Shown: positions 9,733-19,770, counted from the first letter of the stretch. The stretch is DNA of 32,000 nucleotides from Candidatus Karelsulcia muelleri (GCF_016888765.1 NZ_CP069423.1:90001-122000); one strand, 5' to 3'. Made by a program: numbers and translations. Notes: a model not told the origin generated them from the letters alone.

Positions 9733-10002
9733 TTAATTTATTATTGCTAGTATATCAGTTTGATGGAGAATTAAGTATTTTTTTTGCTTATAATTAATTT
9801 TAGTACCTGAATATTTTTTAAATAATACTTTTTCTCCAACTTTTAGGAGAGGGTTTTTTACCTCTTTTCCTACTGCTAAAATAATTCCTTCTTGGGGATT
9901 TTCTTTAGCATTTTCTGGGATAATTATTCCTGATTTTGTTTTATTTTCTGCTTTTAATGGTTTTATTAATATTCTTTCTGAAATAGGTATTATATTTTCC
10001 AT
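9733..10002 (-). CDS. groS: 10 kDa co-chaperonin GroES
   Basis: 89 aa; ERILIKPLKAENKTKSGIIIPENAKENPQEGIILAVGKEV, LILHQTDILAII; directly upstream of groL. Confidence 0.97.
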   Translation of the reverse strand: MENIIPISERILIKPLKAENKTKSGIIIPENAKENPQEGIILAVGKEVKNPLLKVGEKVLFKKYSGTKINYKQKKYLILHQTDILAIIN

Positions 10003-10092
10003 TTTTTGTTTGAATTTTACTAAATTCTATATTTTCTTTTTTTTAATTATAGTTTGAGTTTATAAAACTATTATTTTAAATAATTTAAATAA

Positions 10093-11403
10093 TTATGGGA
10101 GAATTTCTCCTATTAGTGTGGTAAAAGTAGACTTGAGAATTTTTACTTTTTTATAAGAACCAATCTTACTTTTATTTTTAGTAAAAACGATAATATCATT
10201 CTTATAATTTCTCCCATAATAATATTTTTCATCCTGTTTTGATATTCCTTCTATCAAAACTTCTTGGATTGTCCCAATATTTTGTTTTAATCGGTAAAAG
10301 GAATGCGATTTTTGAAGCCTGATAATTTCATTTAATCTGCTTATTTTTAAACTATTTGGGACATTATCTTTTAATTTTCTATATGCATAAGTACCTTGTC
10401 TAGAAGAATATTTAAACATAAAGGAAAAATTAAATTTTATTAGATTCATAATTCTTATTGTCTCTCTGTGATCTGCTTGAGTTTCAGTGCAAAATCCTGT
10501 CATTATATCACTAGAAATTGAACAATCAGGAATAATTTTTTTTATCCTTTTAATAATTAATAAAAATTCTTCAACTGTATATTTTCTCCTCATTAATGAT
10601 AAAATTCTTGTACTACCTGATTGCAGCGGGAGATGAAAATGCTTACATATATTGGTATACTTCTTAACAACTTTTAAAAGATTTTTTGTGATATTAGAAG
10701 GATAAGATGTTAAGAAACGAATTCTCATTAATGGAACTGTTTTGGCTATTAATTCTAATAGTTGGAAAAATTTCATTTTTTTCCAAAAATACGCATCTAC
10801 ATTTTGTCCTAAAAGTATTATTTCTTTATAACCTTTTTTATAGAGTAGTTTGCATTCTTTTAATATACTATTAGGATTTCTGCTTTTTTCTCTACCCCTA
10901 GTATAAGGTACTATGCAAAAAGTACACATATTATCACATCCTCTCATTATTGAGAGAAAAGCTGAGATGCCATTTCTTACTCCCTTAGGAATTATATTTG
11001 TATATCTTTCTTTATTTGCTAAGCTTACATCAATTTCTTTTTTATTATTTTTTAATTTATTAATAATTTCTGGCAGCTGTTTATAAGAATCTGGACCAAC
11101 TATTAAATCTAGAAACTTGAATTTTTCAAATAGTTTTTTTTTATAATGTGTCGCTAAACAACCTACTATTCCAAGTTTTAGTTGTTTCTTTTTTTTTTTA
11201 AAACATTTTATTTTGATCAAACGATTAAATATTTTTTTTTCTGGTTTTTCACGTATAGAACAGGTATTTAATAATATTATATCAGCCTTTTTTAAATTAG
11301 AGGTTTTAATAAAACCTGATTTTAACAGAATGGAACATATTATTTCACTATCATATATATTCATTTGACAGCCATAAGTTTCTAGATAGAATTTCATACT
11401 CAT
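10093..11403 (-). CDS. miaB: tRNA-2-methylthio-N6-dimethylallyladenosine synthase
   Basis: 436 aa; YLETYGCQMNIYDSEI, radical-SAM MRGCDNMCTFCIVPYTRGREKSR, LPLQSGSTRILSLMRRKYT, DIMTGFCTET, C-terminal TRAM-like segment. Confidence 0.95.
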   Translation of the reverse strand: MSMKFYLETYGCQMNIYDSEIICSILLKSGFIKTSNLKKADIILLNTCSIREKPEKKIFNRLIKIKCFKKKKKQLKLGIVGCLATHYKKKLFEKFKFLDLIVGPDSYKQLPEIINKLKNNKKEIDVSLANKERYTNIIPKGVRNGISAFLSIMRGCDNMCTFCIVPYTRGREKSRNPNSILKECKLLYKKGYKEIILLGQNVDAYFWKKMKFFQLLELIAKTVPLMRIRFLTSYPSNITKNLLKVVKKYTNICKHFHLPLQSGSTRILSLMRRKYTVEEFLLIIKRIKKIIPDCSISSDIMTGFCTETQADHRETIRIMNLIKFNFSFMFKYSSRQGTYAYRKLKDNVPNSLKISRLNEIIRLQKSHSFYRLKQNIGTIQEVLIEGISKQDEKYYYGRNYKNDIIVFTKNKSKIGSYKKVKILKSTFTTLIGEILP

Positions 11404-11441
11404 CTGTTATGTATTATTAATATAATTTATTAGAAAAAAAA

Positions 11442-12869
11442 TTGAAGAAAAAAAATAAAAATATTTTATATCATTATAAATATGGATTCAATTATAAAAT
11501 TGAATCTGATAAGATTTCCAAAGGACTTAACAAAAAGATTATTTTTGAAATTTCAAAAAAAAATAAAGAACCTAAGTGGTTATTAAATTTTAGATTAAGA
11601 GCTTTTAAATTATTAAAACAAATCTCTCTACCTAAATGGGGAAATGTAAAATATAAAAAACTTGATTTACAGAATTTAAGATATTATTCAGCTCCAAAAA
11701 ATTATAAACAGAATAAAATTGATCCTGAATTAATAAAAACTTTAAAGAAATTAAAACTGCCCATAAATAATAAAACTCAGAAATCTCAGCTTTACAAAAA
11801 AATTATTGAAATAATAATTGATTCGGTTTCTGTAACTACTTATTTTAAAAAATTATTATTTGAAAAAGGCATAATATTTTGTTCTATAAGTAAAGCCATA
11901 AGATACTATCCTAAATTAGTTAAAAAATATCTGAGTAAAGCAATTCCGATAAATGATAATTTTTTTTCTACTTTAAATTCTTCAGTCTTTTCTGATGGCT
12001 CTTTTTGTTATATTCCCAAAAATATACGATGTCCGATTGAGTTATCTACTTATTTTAGAATTAATGAATCAGGTACAGGACAGTTTGAAAGAACTCTTTT
12101 GATAGCAGATAAAAATTCATATGTCAGTTATTTAGAAGGTTGTACAGCTCCTCAAAGAAAAGAAAATCAATTACATGCTGCAGTTGTAGAATTAATTGCT
12201 AGGGATGGTGCTGAAATTAAATATTCTACTGTTCAGAACTGGTTTCCAGGAACTAAAAAAGGACTTGGTGGAATCTTTAATTTTGTTACCAAAAGAGGTA
12301 TATGTGAAAATAAATCCAAAATTTCATGGACTCAAATCGAAACTGGCTCTGCTATCACTTGGAAATATCCAGCCTGTATTTTGAAAGGAAAAAATTCAAA
12401 AGGAAATTTTTTTTCAATAGCAATTACAAAAAATTATCAACAAGCTGATACTGGTACTAAAATGATTCATATTGGAGAAAATTCAAAAAGTATTATAATT
12501 TCTAAAGCTATTTCTACTGGGAATTCTCAAACAACTTATAGGGGATTAGTTAATATTTTAAACTCTGCTTTAAATTCTAGAAATTATACTCAATGTGATT
12601 CTTTATTATTTGGTACTCAATGCAAAACTTATACTATACCAGATATACAAGTCGAAAATTCTGCATCTCAAGTTGAACATGAAGCTATAATTTCTTTGAT
12701 TGAAAGGTCTAAAATCTTTTATTGCAATCAACGTGGAATAAGAAAGGAAAAAGCTTTACAGTTAATAGTTAACGGATATAGCAGAGAAATAATTAATAAA
12801 TTGCCTTTAGAGTTTGCGTTAGAGGCCAGAAAATTATTAGATTTAACTATAGAAAATTCTATTGGATAA
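11442..12869 (+). CDS. sufB: Fe-S cluster assembly scaffold SufB
   Basis: 475 aa; NSSVFSDGSFCYIPKNIRCPIELSTYFRIN, SYLEGCTAPQRKENQLHAAVVEL, HEAIISLIERSKIFYCNQRGI; followed by sufCDS. Confidence 0.97.
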   Translation: MKKKNKNILYHYKYGFNYKIESDKISKGLNKKIIFEISKKNKEPKWLLNFRLRAFKLLKQISLPKWGNVKYKKLDLQNLRYYSAPKNYKQNKIDPELIKTLKKLKLPINNKTQKSQLYKKIIEIIIDSVSVTTYFKKLLFEKGIIFCSISKAIRYYPKLVKKYLSKAIPINDNFFSTLNSSVFSDGSFCYIPKNIRCPIELSTYFRINESGTGQFERTLLIADKNSYVSYLEGCTAPQRKENQLHAAVVELIARDGAEIKYSTVQNWFPGTKKGLGGIFNFVTKRGICENKSKISWTQIETGSAITWKYPACILKGKNSKGNFFSIAITKNYQQADTGTKMIHIGENSKSIIISKAISTGNSQTTYRGLVNILNSALNSRNYTQCDSLLFGTQCKTYTIPDIQVENSASQVEHEAIISLIERSKIFYCNQRGIRKEKALQLIVNGYSREIINKLPLEFALEARKLLDLTIENSIG

Positions 12870-12902
12870 GTTTTTATAAAATAGAAAACTTCAATTTTTT
12901 TA

Positions 12903-13646
12903 ATGTTGTTAAAAATTATCGATTTATCAGCTTCAATAAATAATAAAATAATATTAAATAATATTAATTTAAATATTAATTATAATGAAGTTCATGTACT
13001 TATGGGGCCAAATGGCTCTGGAAAAAGTACTTTGTCTGCTATTATAGCTGGGAAAAAAGAATTTTCTATTTTAAAAGGGAAAATTTTATTTGAAAAAAAA
13101 AATATAACTTACTTATCTCCTGAAGAAATTGCACAGCGAGGTATTTTTTTATCTTTTCAAGATCCTATAGAAATCCCTGGAATATCAATTCTAAATTTTA
13201 TTAAATATTCAATAAACGAAATTAGAAAAAGTAAAAATTTGAAAGAAATTTCTTCTAAAGATTTTCTTAAAAAAGTTTACAAAGTTTCTAAAATGCTTGG
13301 TTTTAAGAAAGCTTTTTTATCACGATATATGAATTTTGGATTTTCTGGAGGGGAAAAAAAGCGTTGTGAAATTTTTCAAATGGGAATGATAGAACCTAAA
13401 TTTGCAATTTTAGACGAAATTGATTCTGGGTTAGATTTGGATGCTCTTAAAATTATTGCTAATGGTATTTTGAGATTAAAGAAGAAAAAAGCCTCAATTT
13501 TAATTATTACTCATTATAATAGAATTTTAAAATTTATAAAACCAGATAAAATACATATTTTATATAAAGGCCAGATTATTAAATCTGGTTCTAAAAATTT
13601 AGCTCTAAAAATAGAAAAATATGGTTATGAAGGTTTAAAGAAATGA
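12903..13646 (+). CDS. sufC: Fe-S cluster assembly ATPase SufC
   Basis: 247 aa; Walker A GPNGSGKSTLS, signature FSGGEKKRCEI, Walker B FAILDEIDSGLDLDAL. Confidence 0.97.
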   Translation: MLLKIIDLSASINNKIILNNINLNINYNEVHVLMGPNGSGKSTLSAIIAGKKEFSILKGKILFEKKNITYLSPEEIAQRGIFLSFQDPIEIPGISILNFIKYSINEIRKSKNLKEISSKDFLKKVYKVSKMLGFKKAFLSRYMNFGFSGGEKKRCEIFQMGMIEPKFAILDEIDSGLDLDALKIIANGILRLKKKKASILIITHYNRILKFIKPDKIHILYKGQIIKSGSKNLALKIEKYGYEGLKK

Positions 13647-14935
13647 CTTTAAAGGAAAAAATTTTGTTTTTATTAAAAAACAAAGAAAAAAGCCCTAATA
13701 AATATCTTGAAAATATTATTACTAAGTCAATTGTTTGTTTTAAGAAAATCGGTTTTACCGAATTAAAGAAAACTTGTTTTAAGTCTGTTTTAAATGCTGA
13801 CTTTGATCTACCCAATAGAAATAACGAGATAGAATCTTCTCTTTTAAAAAAATTATCATTTAATAATAAATTTATTTCACTTTATTTTATCAATGGTTTT
13901 TTGAACTCCAAATTATCTAATTTATGTAAATTAAAAAAATATATAAAATTTGATTCATTAAATAATTGCTTATTTAACAAAAACAAACAAATTACTAAAT
14001 ATTTTTGTAATACTCTTTTTTATAAAGAGAATTTGTTTGTTCCTAACTCTTTCATTGCTATAAATATTTCTTTAACAACTGATGGCATATTTATAAAAAT
14101 TCCAAAAAATACTAATTTAAAGATCCCAATAGAAATAATAAATATTTATTCCCCTAAAAAATCTAGTATAATTAATTTTAAGAATATTATCGTAGTTGGA
14201 AAAAATTCTAAGTTAAAAATTATTGAAAGACATATTTCAACAAGCAAAAATTCCATTTTTAGCAATGTTTTTACAGAAATTTTTTCAAAAGATCAAAGCA
14301 AGATAGAACTTTTTAAGTTAGAAAATGATTTACGAAAAACTTATTTAATAGATAATACTTTTATTAAGCAAAGTTCGAAGAGTGTCTGTAAAGTCTTTAC
14401 TTTTTCATCAAATATAAGAAATCTTATTAATAATATTAATTGTGTTCAAGTTGGAACAGACACTCACTCATTTTTTAATGGACTTTCTTTTTTTAAGAAA
14501 AGTAATAAGATAAGTAAAATATATAATAATATCTTTCTTAAAAGTTTATTTTCTAATTCTGTTAGTTTACAGAATTATAAAGGTATTTTTAGCAAAAATT
14601 CTTATGGAATTTTTAAAAGCAAACTTAAAATTAAGGAGAATTTATATAATATTAAGTCCAAACAAATAAATAGCAATTTATTATTATCTAATTCTTCTAA
14701 AGTTTTATCTCGACCAGAATTTCAAACTGCATCAAGTAAAGTAAAATGTTCACATGGTACAAATATAGGAAAACTCGAGAAAAAAACTCTATTTTTTTTT
14801 AGATCTAGAGGAATAGAAAAAAAAAAATCAAGAAAATTGGCTATTTTAATTTTTGCAAACGAGCTAATAAAATTAGTAAATTTAAATATTTTAAAAAATA
14901 ATATTAGAGATTACTTTAAACAGAATATTAGATGA
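13643..14935 (+). CDS. sufD: Fe-S cluster assembly protein SufD
   Basis: 430 aa; ATGA start/stop overlap with sufC, C-terminal CSHGTNIGKLEKKTLFFFRSRGI typical of SufD, position in the operon. Confidence 0.93.
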   Translation: MTLKEKILFLLKNKEKSPNKYLENIITKSIVCFKKIGFTELKKTCFKSVLNADFDLPNRNNEIESSLLKKLSFNNKFISLYFINGFLNSKLSNLCKLKKYIKFDSLNNCLFNKNKQITKYFCNTLFYKENLFVPNSFIAINISLTTDGIFIKIPKNTNLKIPIEIINIYSPKKSSIINFKNIIVVGKNSKLKIIERHISTSKNSIFSNVFTEIFSKDQSKIELFKLENDLRKTYLIDNTFIKQSSKSVCKVFTFSSNIRNLINNINCVQVGTDTHSFFNGLSFFKKSNKISKIYNNIFLKSLFSNSVSLQNYKGIFSKNSYGIFKSKLKIKENLYNIKSKQINSNLLLSNSSKVLSRPEFQTASSKVKCSHGTNIGKLEKKTLFFFRSRGIEKKKSRKLAILIFANELIKLVNLNILKNNIRDYFKQNIR

Positions 14936-14951
14936 ATAAAATTTCAGGCTC

Positions 14952-16154
14952 ATGTTTTCTTATGAAGAAATAAAAACAATTCGTAAGCAATTTCCAATTT
15001 TGAAAAAAAAAAATATAATATATTTTGATAATGCAGCAACTACTCAAAAACCTTTTCAAGTAATAAATGCAATAACAAAGTATTATTGTAATTTTAATTC
15101 TAATGTCAAACGAAGTTTTAATTTTTTAGGCCAAGTTTCGACTAATTGTTTAGAATTAAGTCGAAATAATATTAAAGCTTTTATTAATGCTAAATCTAGA
15201 GAAGAAATAATTTTTACTAGTGGAACCACAGAAAGTATAAATTTAATAGCATTTTGTATTTATAAATTAATTAAAAAATACGATAATATTATTATATCAC
15301 ATTCTGAACATCATTCAAATATAATTCCTTGGCAAGTTTTAAGCCAAAAGAAGCAGGCCACTTTAAAAGTAATTCCAGTTAATTCAGAAGGCGAATTAAA
15401 TCTTAGAAGTTTTAAGAAATTAATTACAAAAAACACAAAATTGATTTCTATTAGTCATGTTACTAACACATTTGGAATTATTAATCCTATTAAAACCCTG
15501 ATTAAAACTGCTCATAAGTATAATTCTTTAGTTTTAATTGATGGTTCCCAAGCAATATCCCATCTCACTATTGATGTGCAAAATTTAGCGTGTGATTTTT
15601 ATGTATTTTCCAGCCATAAAATGTATGGACCTACTGGATTAGGTATTTTATATGGGAAAAAAAAACTCCTTGATAAGTTTCCTCCTTATCAAGGTGGAGG
15701 GGGAATGATTGAAAAAGTAACTTTAAAAAAAACTATATTTTCTGGTCTTCCTTTTAAACTAGAAGCTGGGACACCAAACATTTCAGGAATAATTGGAACT
15801 AATAAAGCTTTAAATTTTATTGTCAATTATTCTATTCGAAAAATAAATAATTATGAAACTAAACTCCTGAAATATGCTCTTAAAATTTTAAGTAATATAA
15901 AGGGAATTAAAATTTATAATTATAACAAGATTTTATCTTTTAATATAGAAAATATACATTCATTTGATTTGGGAAAATTATTAAATAATCATGGGATAGC
16001 TGTTAGAACTGGAACACATTGTGCTCAACCAATCATGGATTACTTAAAACTTAATGGAACGATTCGGATAAGTTTCGCAATATATAATACTATTGAAGAA
16101 ATTGATATATTTTATAATTCTTTAATTAAAGTTTTAGATTTTTTTATTTATTAA
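14952..16154 (+). CDS. sufS: Cysteine desulfurase SufS
   Basis: 400 aa; YFDNAATTQKP, PLP-lysine SSHKMYGPTGLGILYGKK, catalytic-Cys region RTGTHCAQPIMDY. Confidence 0.97.
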   Translation: MFSYEEIKTIRKQFPILKKKNIIYFDNAATTQKPFQVINAITKYYCNFNSNVKRSFNFLGQVSTNCLELSRNNIKAFINAKSREEIIFTSGTTESINLIAFCIYKLIKKYDNIIISHSEHHSNIIPWQVLSQKKQATLKVIPVNSEGELNLRSFKKLITKNTKLISISHVTNTFGIINPIKTLIKTAHKYNSLVLIDGSQAISHLTIDVQNLACDFYVFSSHKMYGPTGLGILYGKKKLLDKFPPYQGGGGMIEKVTLKKTIFSGLPFKLEAGTPNISGIIGTNKALNFIVNYSIRKINNYETKLLKYALKILSNIKGIKIYNYNKILSFNIENIHSFDLGKLLNNHGIAVRTGTHCAQPIMDYLKLNGTIRISFAIYNTIEEIDIFYNSLIKVLDFFIY

Positions 16155-16164
16155 ATAAATAAAA

Positions 16165-17832
16165 ATGAAAAAAAAAATAAGAATATTTAATTTAATAACT
16201 ATAAAAGACTTAGCCTCATTAACTAATGTACGAAAAGAGGAAATAATAAAGATTTGTAGTTCCTTAGGAATTAAAGTATCTGTTTATCAACGATTAGATT
16301 ATGAATTATTGACTTTAGTGGCTTCAGATTTGGGATATGAAGTTGAATTGATAGATAAACAAATAATAAGACGCAATAAAGCCAGAATATCAAGAGATCC
16401 AGTTATTATTCTTCTAGGTCATGTTGACCATGGAAAAACTTCTTTATTAGACTACATAAAAAGAAGCAAAGTAAATTATGAAGAATATGGTGGGATTACT
16501 CAAAACATAGGAGTGTATAAAGTAAATATTAATAAAAATAATAGTTTAACTTTTATAGATACTCCAGGACATGAAGCTTTTCTGGCGATGAGATATAGGG
16601 GGACTCAAATAACGGATCTCGCTGTAGTAGTAATAGCTATTGATGAAGACATTATGCAACATACTAATGAAGCAATAAATAATGCCAAAGCGGTTGGCAT
16701 ACCTATTATCTTTGCTTTTAATAAAATAGATAAAAAAAATTCAGATATAGATAAAATAAGGAGAAAATTAGCAGAAAGAAATCTTTTAGTTGAAGACTGG
16801 GGTGGGGCTTATCAATCACAAGAAATATCTGCAAAATATGGCATTGGAATAGATAAACTAATAGAAAAAATAATTTTAGAAGCTGAATTATTAGATTTAA
16901 AATCCTCTCAAGAGAAGGCTGTCGGTTCGATCATAGAATCCTCTTTAAATAAAGAAAATGGATATACAGCTACAATAATTATTAAAGATGGAATCTTAAC
17001 TTTAGGAGATTATCTCTTAGTTGGAGAAATTTTTGGTAAAGTAATTAAAATACTAGACGAAAGAGGTAATCAGCTGAAATATGTTCGACCTTCACGACCA
17101 GTCTTAATTTTTGGTCTTAATGGAGCCCCAGCAACAGGAGATATCTTTCATTCCTATAAAACGGAAACAGAATTTCAAAAAAGATTTTCTTATAAAAATC
17201 TTTTAAAAAAAGAGCCAGATTTAAGATTCGAAACTAAGCCCTCAGAAAAACTAAACTTAATAATTAAGGCAGATTTAAACGGATCTCTAGAAGCTCTTAC
17301 TGAAGTTTTAGAAAAAATTATTCTAAATAATAAAAAAATAAATTTAATTTATAAAAGCATAGGAAATATTAATGAATCGGATGTTTTACTAGCAGATACG
17401 TACAAAGCTATGATAGTTGGTTTTAAAGTTAAAATTTCTTCAGCAGCCCAAAAAATAGCTAATAAGAAGAAGATACTTATTAAATTATATAATATAATAT
17501 ATAAAATTGATAAAAAGCTCAAGGAGTTTTTGAGCAATAATTCAAAGAGAGCAGAGTTAATTTACGGGAGAGCAAAAATAAAAACTTTTTTTACTATCCG
17601 AAAACTTGGTATAGTAGCAGGTTGTATCGTTTTAGAAGGTAAAATGGTAATCAATTCAAAGCTAAAATTAAAAAGAGATAATCAAAGTTTTTATATTGGT
17701 AAATTGACTTCTTTAAAAACTTTTAAAAAAGATGTAAATCTAGTAAAAAAAGGTTGTGAATGTGGAATAAATATTAAAAATATTAATAATATTAAAATAG
17801 GAGATATTATAGAAGCCTATAAGGAGATATAG
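16165..17832 (+). CDS. infB: Translation initiation factor IF-2, short form
   Basis: 555 aa; ILLGHVDHGKTSLLDYI, GGITQNIGVY, FIDTPGHEAFLAMR, FNKIDK. Confidence 0.97.
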   Translation: MKKKIRIFNLITIKDLASLTNVRKEEIIKICSSLGIKVSVYQRLDYELLTLVASDLGYEVELIDKQIIRRNKARISRDPVIILLGHVDHGKTSLLDYIKRSKVNYEEYGGITQNIGVYKVNINKNNSLTFIDTPGHEAFLAMRYRGTQITDLAVVVIAIDEDIMQHTNEAINNAKAVGIPIIFAFNKIDKKNSDIDKIRRKLAERNLLVEDWGGAYQSQEISAKYGIGIDKLIEKIILEAELLDLKSSQEKAVGSIIESSLNKENGYTATIIIKDGILTLGDYLLVGEIFGKVIKILDERGNQLKYVRPSRPVLIFGLNGAPATGDIFHSYKTETEFQKRFSYKNLLKKEPDLRFETKPSEKLNLIIKADLNGSLEALTEVLEKIILNNKKINLIYKSIGNINESDVLLADTYKAMIVGFKVKISSAAQKIANKKKILIKLYNIIYKIDKKLKEFLSNNSKRAELIYGRAKIKTFFTIRKLGIVAGCIVLEGKMVINSKLKLKRDNQSFYIGKLTSLKTFKKDVNLVKKGCECGINIKNINNIKIGDIIEAYKEI

Positions 17833-17835
17833 AAT

Positions 17836-18054
17836 CTAAGGTAATTTATTGATATAAATCTGGATTTTTCTTTTTAATCTATTGGCTTTATTTTTAGGTA
17901 TAATTTTTTTTTGGGCTAATTTATCGATTAAGGCTGAAGTGAAACTAAATTTTAGTTGTGCTATTTTTTTATCTTTTACTGATTTATTCTTTTTAATTGC
18001 AGTTTTTGTGGTTTTCAAAAAATATTTTTTGGTAATTGTTTTATGTGAACCCAT
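17836..18054 (-). CDS. rpsT: 30S ribosomal protein S20
   Basis: 72 aa; basic helical protein MGSHKTITKKYF...LIDKLAQKKIIPKNKANRLKRKIQIYINKL matches the S20 C-terminal pattern. Confidence 0.85.
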   Translation of the reverse strand: MGSHKTITKKYFLKTTKTAIKKNKSVKDKKIAQLKFSFTSALIDKLAQKKIIPKNKANRLKRKIQIYINKLP

Positions 18055-18067
18055 TCTTTCTTATTTA

Positions 18068-18139
18068 TAGCCCATAGGGGAATTGAACCCCTCTTTTCAG
18101 AATGAAAATCTGATGTCCTAACCAATAGACGAATGGGCC
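18068..18139 (-). tRNA. tRNA-Glu(TTC)
   Basis: RNA strand: GGCCCAT TC GTCTATTGGTTAGGAC A TCAGA-TTTTCAT-TCTGA AAAG AGGGG-TTCAATT-CCCCT ATGGGCT A. Complete cloverleaf, anticodon TTC. Confidence 0.96.
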
Positions 18140-18153
18140 CTTAAATATTTTTA

Positions 18154-18426
18154 TCAAGTATTAGTTTTTTTAAAAGGTTTTTTGGAAAAAACTCCTGTTT
18201 TATATAAAACAGATTTAACCGTATTAGTAGGTTGTGCACCTTTTTCTAACCAATAGATAGCTTTCTCCACATTGACTTCAACCATATATGGAGTTTTAAT
18301 GGGATTGTAAATGCCGATTTTTTCAATGAATTTTCCATCTCTAGGAGAATTGGAATTAGCTATTATAATGGAATAAAACGGTTGTTTTGTTTTTCCCTTT
18401 CTTTGGAGACGTATTCTAAGAGACAT
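18154..18426 (-). CDS. rpsP: 30S ribosomal protein S16
   Basis: 90 aa; MSLRIRLQRKGKTKQPFYSIIIANSNSPRDGKFIEKIGIYNP. Confidence 0.97.
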   Translation of the reverse strand: MSLRIRLQRKGKTKQPFYSIIIANSNSPRDGKFIEKIGIYNPIKTPYMVEVNVEKAIYWLEKGAQPTNTVKSVLYKTGVFSKKPFKKTNT

Positions 18427-18504
18427 AAATTGAATTGAGTAAATAAAGTATATATAATAAAATATACTTATATTGTAAAAAACATTTAGCTTTAGAGGTC
18501 GAAA

Positions 18505-18574
18505 GATTCGTGGTGTAATGGTAGCACCGCAGATTTTGGTTCTGTTAGTTGGGGTTCAAATCCCTACGAATCTG
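18505..18574 (+). tRNA. tRNA-Gln(TTG)
   Basis: AGATTCG TG GTGTAATGGTAGCAC C GCAGA-TTTTGGT-TCTGT TAGT TGGGG-TTCAAAT-CCCTA CGAATCT G. Complete cloverleaf, anticodon TTG. Confidence 0.95.
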
Positions 18575-18591
18575 TAGGAAATTGATTTGAT

Positions 18592-18780
18592 ATGGCACAT
18601 CCAAAAAAAAGAAAATCTAAATCTAAAACCCGAAAAAGAAGAAATAGCAAAAAGCTCGAGATTATTAATCTATATAAAGATAAACTTAGTAAGCAATTTC
18701 ATGTTTATCATAGAGGACTTTTAATTGATAAAACGATTTATTACAAAGGGAGAGTGTTTAAAAGAAAGACTATCTCTTGA
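18592..18780 (+). CDS. rpmF: 50S ribosomal protein L32 (flavobacterial non-zinc form)
   Basis: 62 aa; MAHPKKRKSKSKTRKRRN...VYHRGLLIDKTIYYKGRVF matches the Flavobacteria L32 layout MAHPKRK.SKTR..KRR...LYHRAY...G..YYRGQV. Confidence 0.87.
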   Translation: MAHPKKRKSKSKTRKRRNSKKLEIINLYKDKLSKQFHVYHRGLLIDKTIYYKGRVFKRKTIS

Positions 18781-19753
18781 GATAGAGTAAATTTTTAGCA
18801 GCATGAATTATTTCGGTTTTACTAGGGTACCAAAGTTTAATTAAGTTTTTGGCATAAGGGGCTGGAGTATCTTCTAAAGTAATTCTTTTGATTGGAGCAT
18901 CTAAGTAATCAAAAGCATATTTTTGTACTAAATAAGTAATTTCAGATGAAATAGAACAAAATGGCCAAGCTTCTTCTAGAATAAGCAGTCGATTAGTCTT
19001 TTTAACTGATTTTAGGATTGTTTTATAATCCAATGGTCTTATTGTTTGTAAGTCAATGATTTCAATATCAATATTTTCTTTTTCTAGTTCTTTACTGGCT
19101 TTAAAAGCCAGTTTTAAAATTTTCCCAAAAGACACCAAGGTGAGATCTGCCCCTTGTTTTTTAATAAGAGATTTACCTAATGGTAAATAATATTCTAGAT
19201 TTGGAAGTTTCATTTGATCACTATACATGTGTTCTGATTCTAAGAAAATGATTACATCATTATCTTTAATAGCTGATTTTAAAAGCCCTTTAGCATCATA
19301 GGCATTAGATGGAACTACTACTTTTAGTCCAGGACAATGAGCATACAAAGTTTCTAAAGCTTGGGAATGGGTAGCTCCTAATGGACCAGCAAATCCTGTA
19401 GGGCCTCGAAAGACTATTGGTAGTTGCCATTGACCTCCACTCATTTGGCGGATTTTAGCAGCATGATTTATTATTTGATCTATAGCTACTAATGAAAAGT
19501 TGAAACTCATAAATTCAATAATTGGACGACAGCCATTTAAGGCGGAACCTATTCCTATCCCGGTAAAACCTAATTCTGAAATTGGAGTATCAATCACTCG
19601 GTTTTTTCCAAATTCTGCTAACATTCCTTTAGAAACTTTATAGGCTCCATTATATTCACCAACTTCTTCTCCAATTAAATAAATACTTTTGTCTCTTCTC
19701 ATTTCTTCACTCATAGCTTCTTTAATTGCTTCTCTAAAACTTATTGCTTTCAT
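18770..19753 (-). CDS. pdhB: Pyruvate dehydrogenase E1 component, beta subunit
   Basis: 327 aa; FREAIKEAMSEEMRRDKSIYLIGEEVGEYNGAYKVSKGML, RVIDTPISELGFTGIGIGSAL, FRGPTGFAGPLGATHSQALE. Overlaps the rpmF 3' end by 11 bp. Confidence 0.95.
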   Translation of the reverse strand: MKAISFREAIKEAMSEEMRRDKSIYLIGEEVGEYNGAYKVSKGMLAEFGKNRVIDTPISELGFTGIGIGSALNGCRPIIEFMSFNFSLVAIDQIINHAAKIRQMSGGQWQLPIVFRGPTGFAGPLGATHSQALETLYAHCPGLKVVVPSNAYDAKGLLKSAIKDNDVIIFLESEHMYSDQMKLPNLEYYLPLGKSLIKKQGADLTLVSFGKILKLAFKASKELEKENIDIEIIDLQTIRPLDYKTILKSVKKTNRLLILEEAWPFCSISSEITYLVQKYAFDYLDAPIKRITLEDTPAPYAKNLIKLWYPSKTEIIHAAKNLLYLKR

Positions 19754-19770
19754 TTTTTTTCTCTTTACTT

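Noticed and set aside
12196-12384. Small ORFs overlapping suf and infB genes (12196..12384, 13591..13815, 17349..17537)
   Set aside because: Contained in or antisense to sufB, sufC/sufD and infB; no start context or family resemblance.
13643-13646. Genetic code change (TGA as Trp), considered because RF2 is truncated and the genome is reduced
   Set aside because: TGA ends sufC in an ATGA overlap with sufD, Trp positions in the ORFs use TGG, and an RF2 with an intact GGQ motif is present; the standard code explains all ORFs.
17882-18070. + strand 62-aa ORF opposite rpsT
   Set aside because: Antisense to S20 and extends into the tRNA-Glu end; the hydrophobic translation is a product of Lys-rich codons read in reverse.
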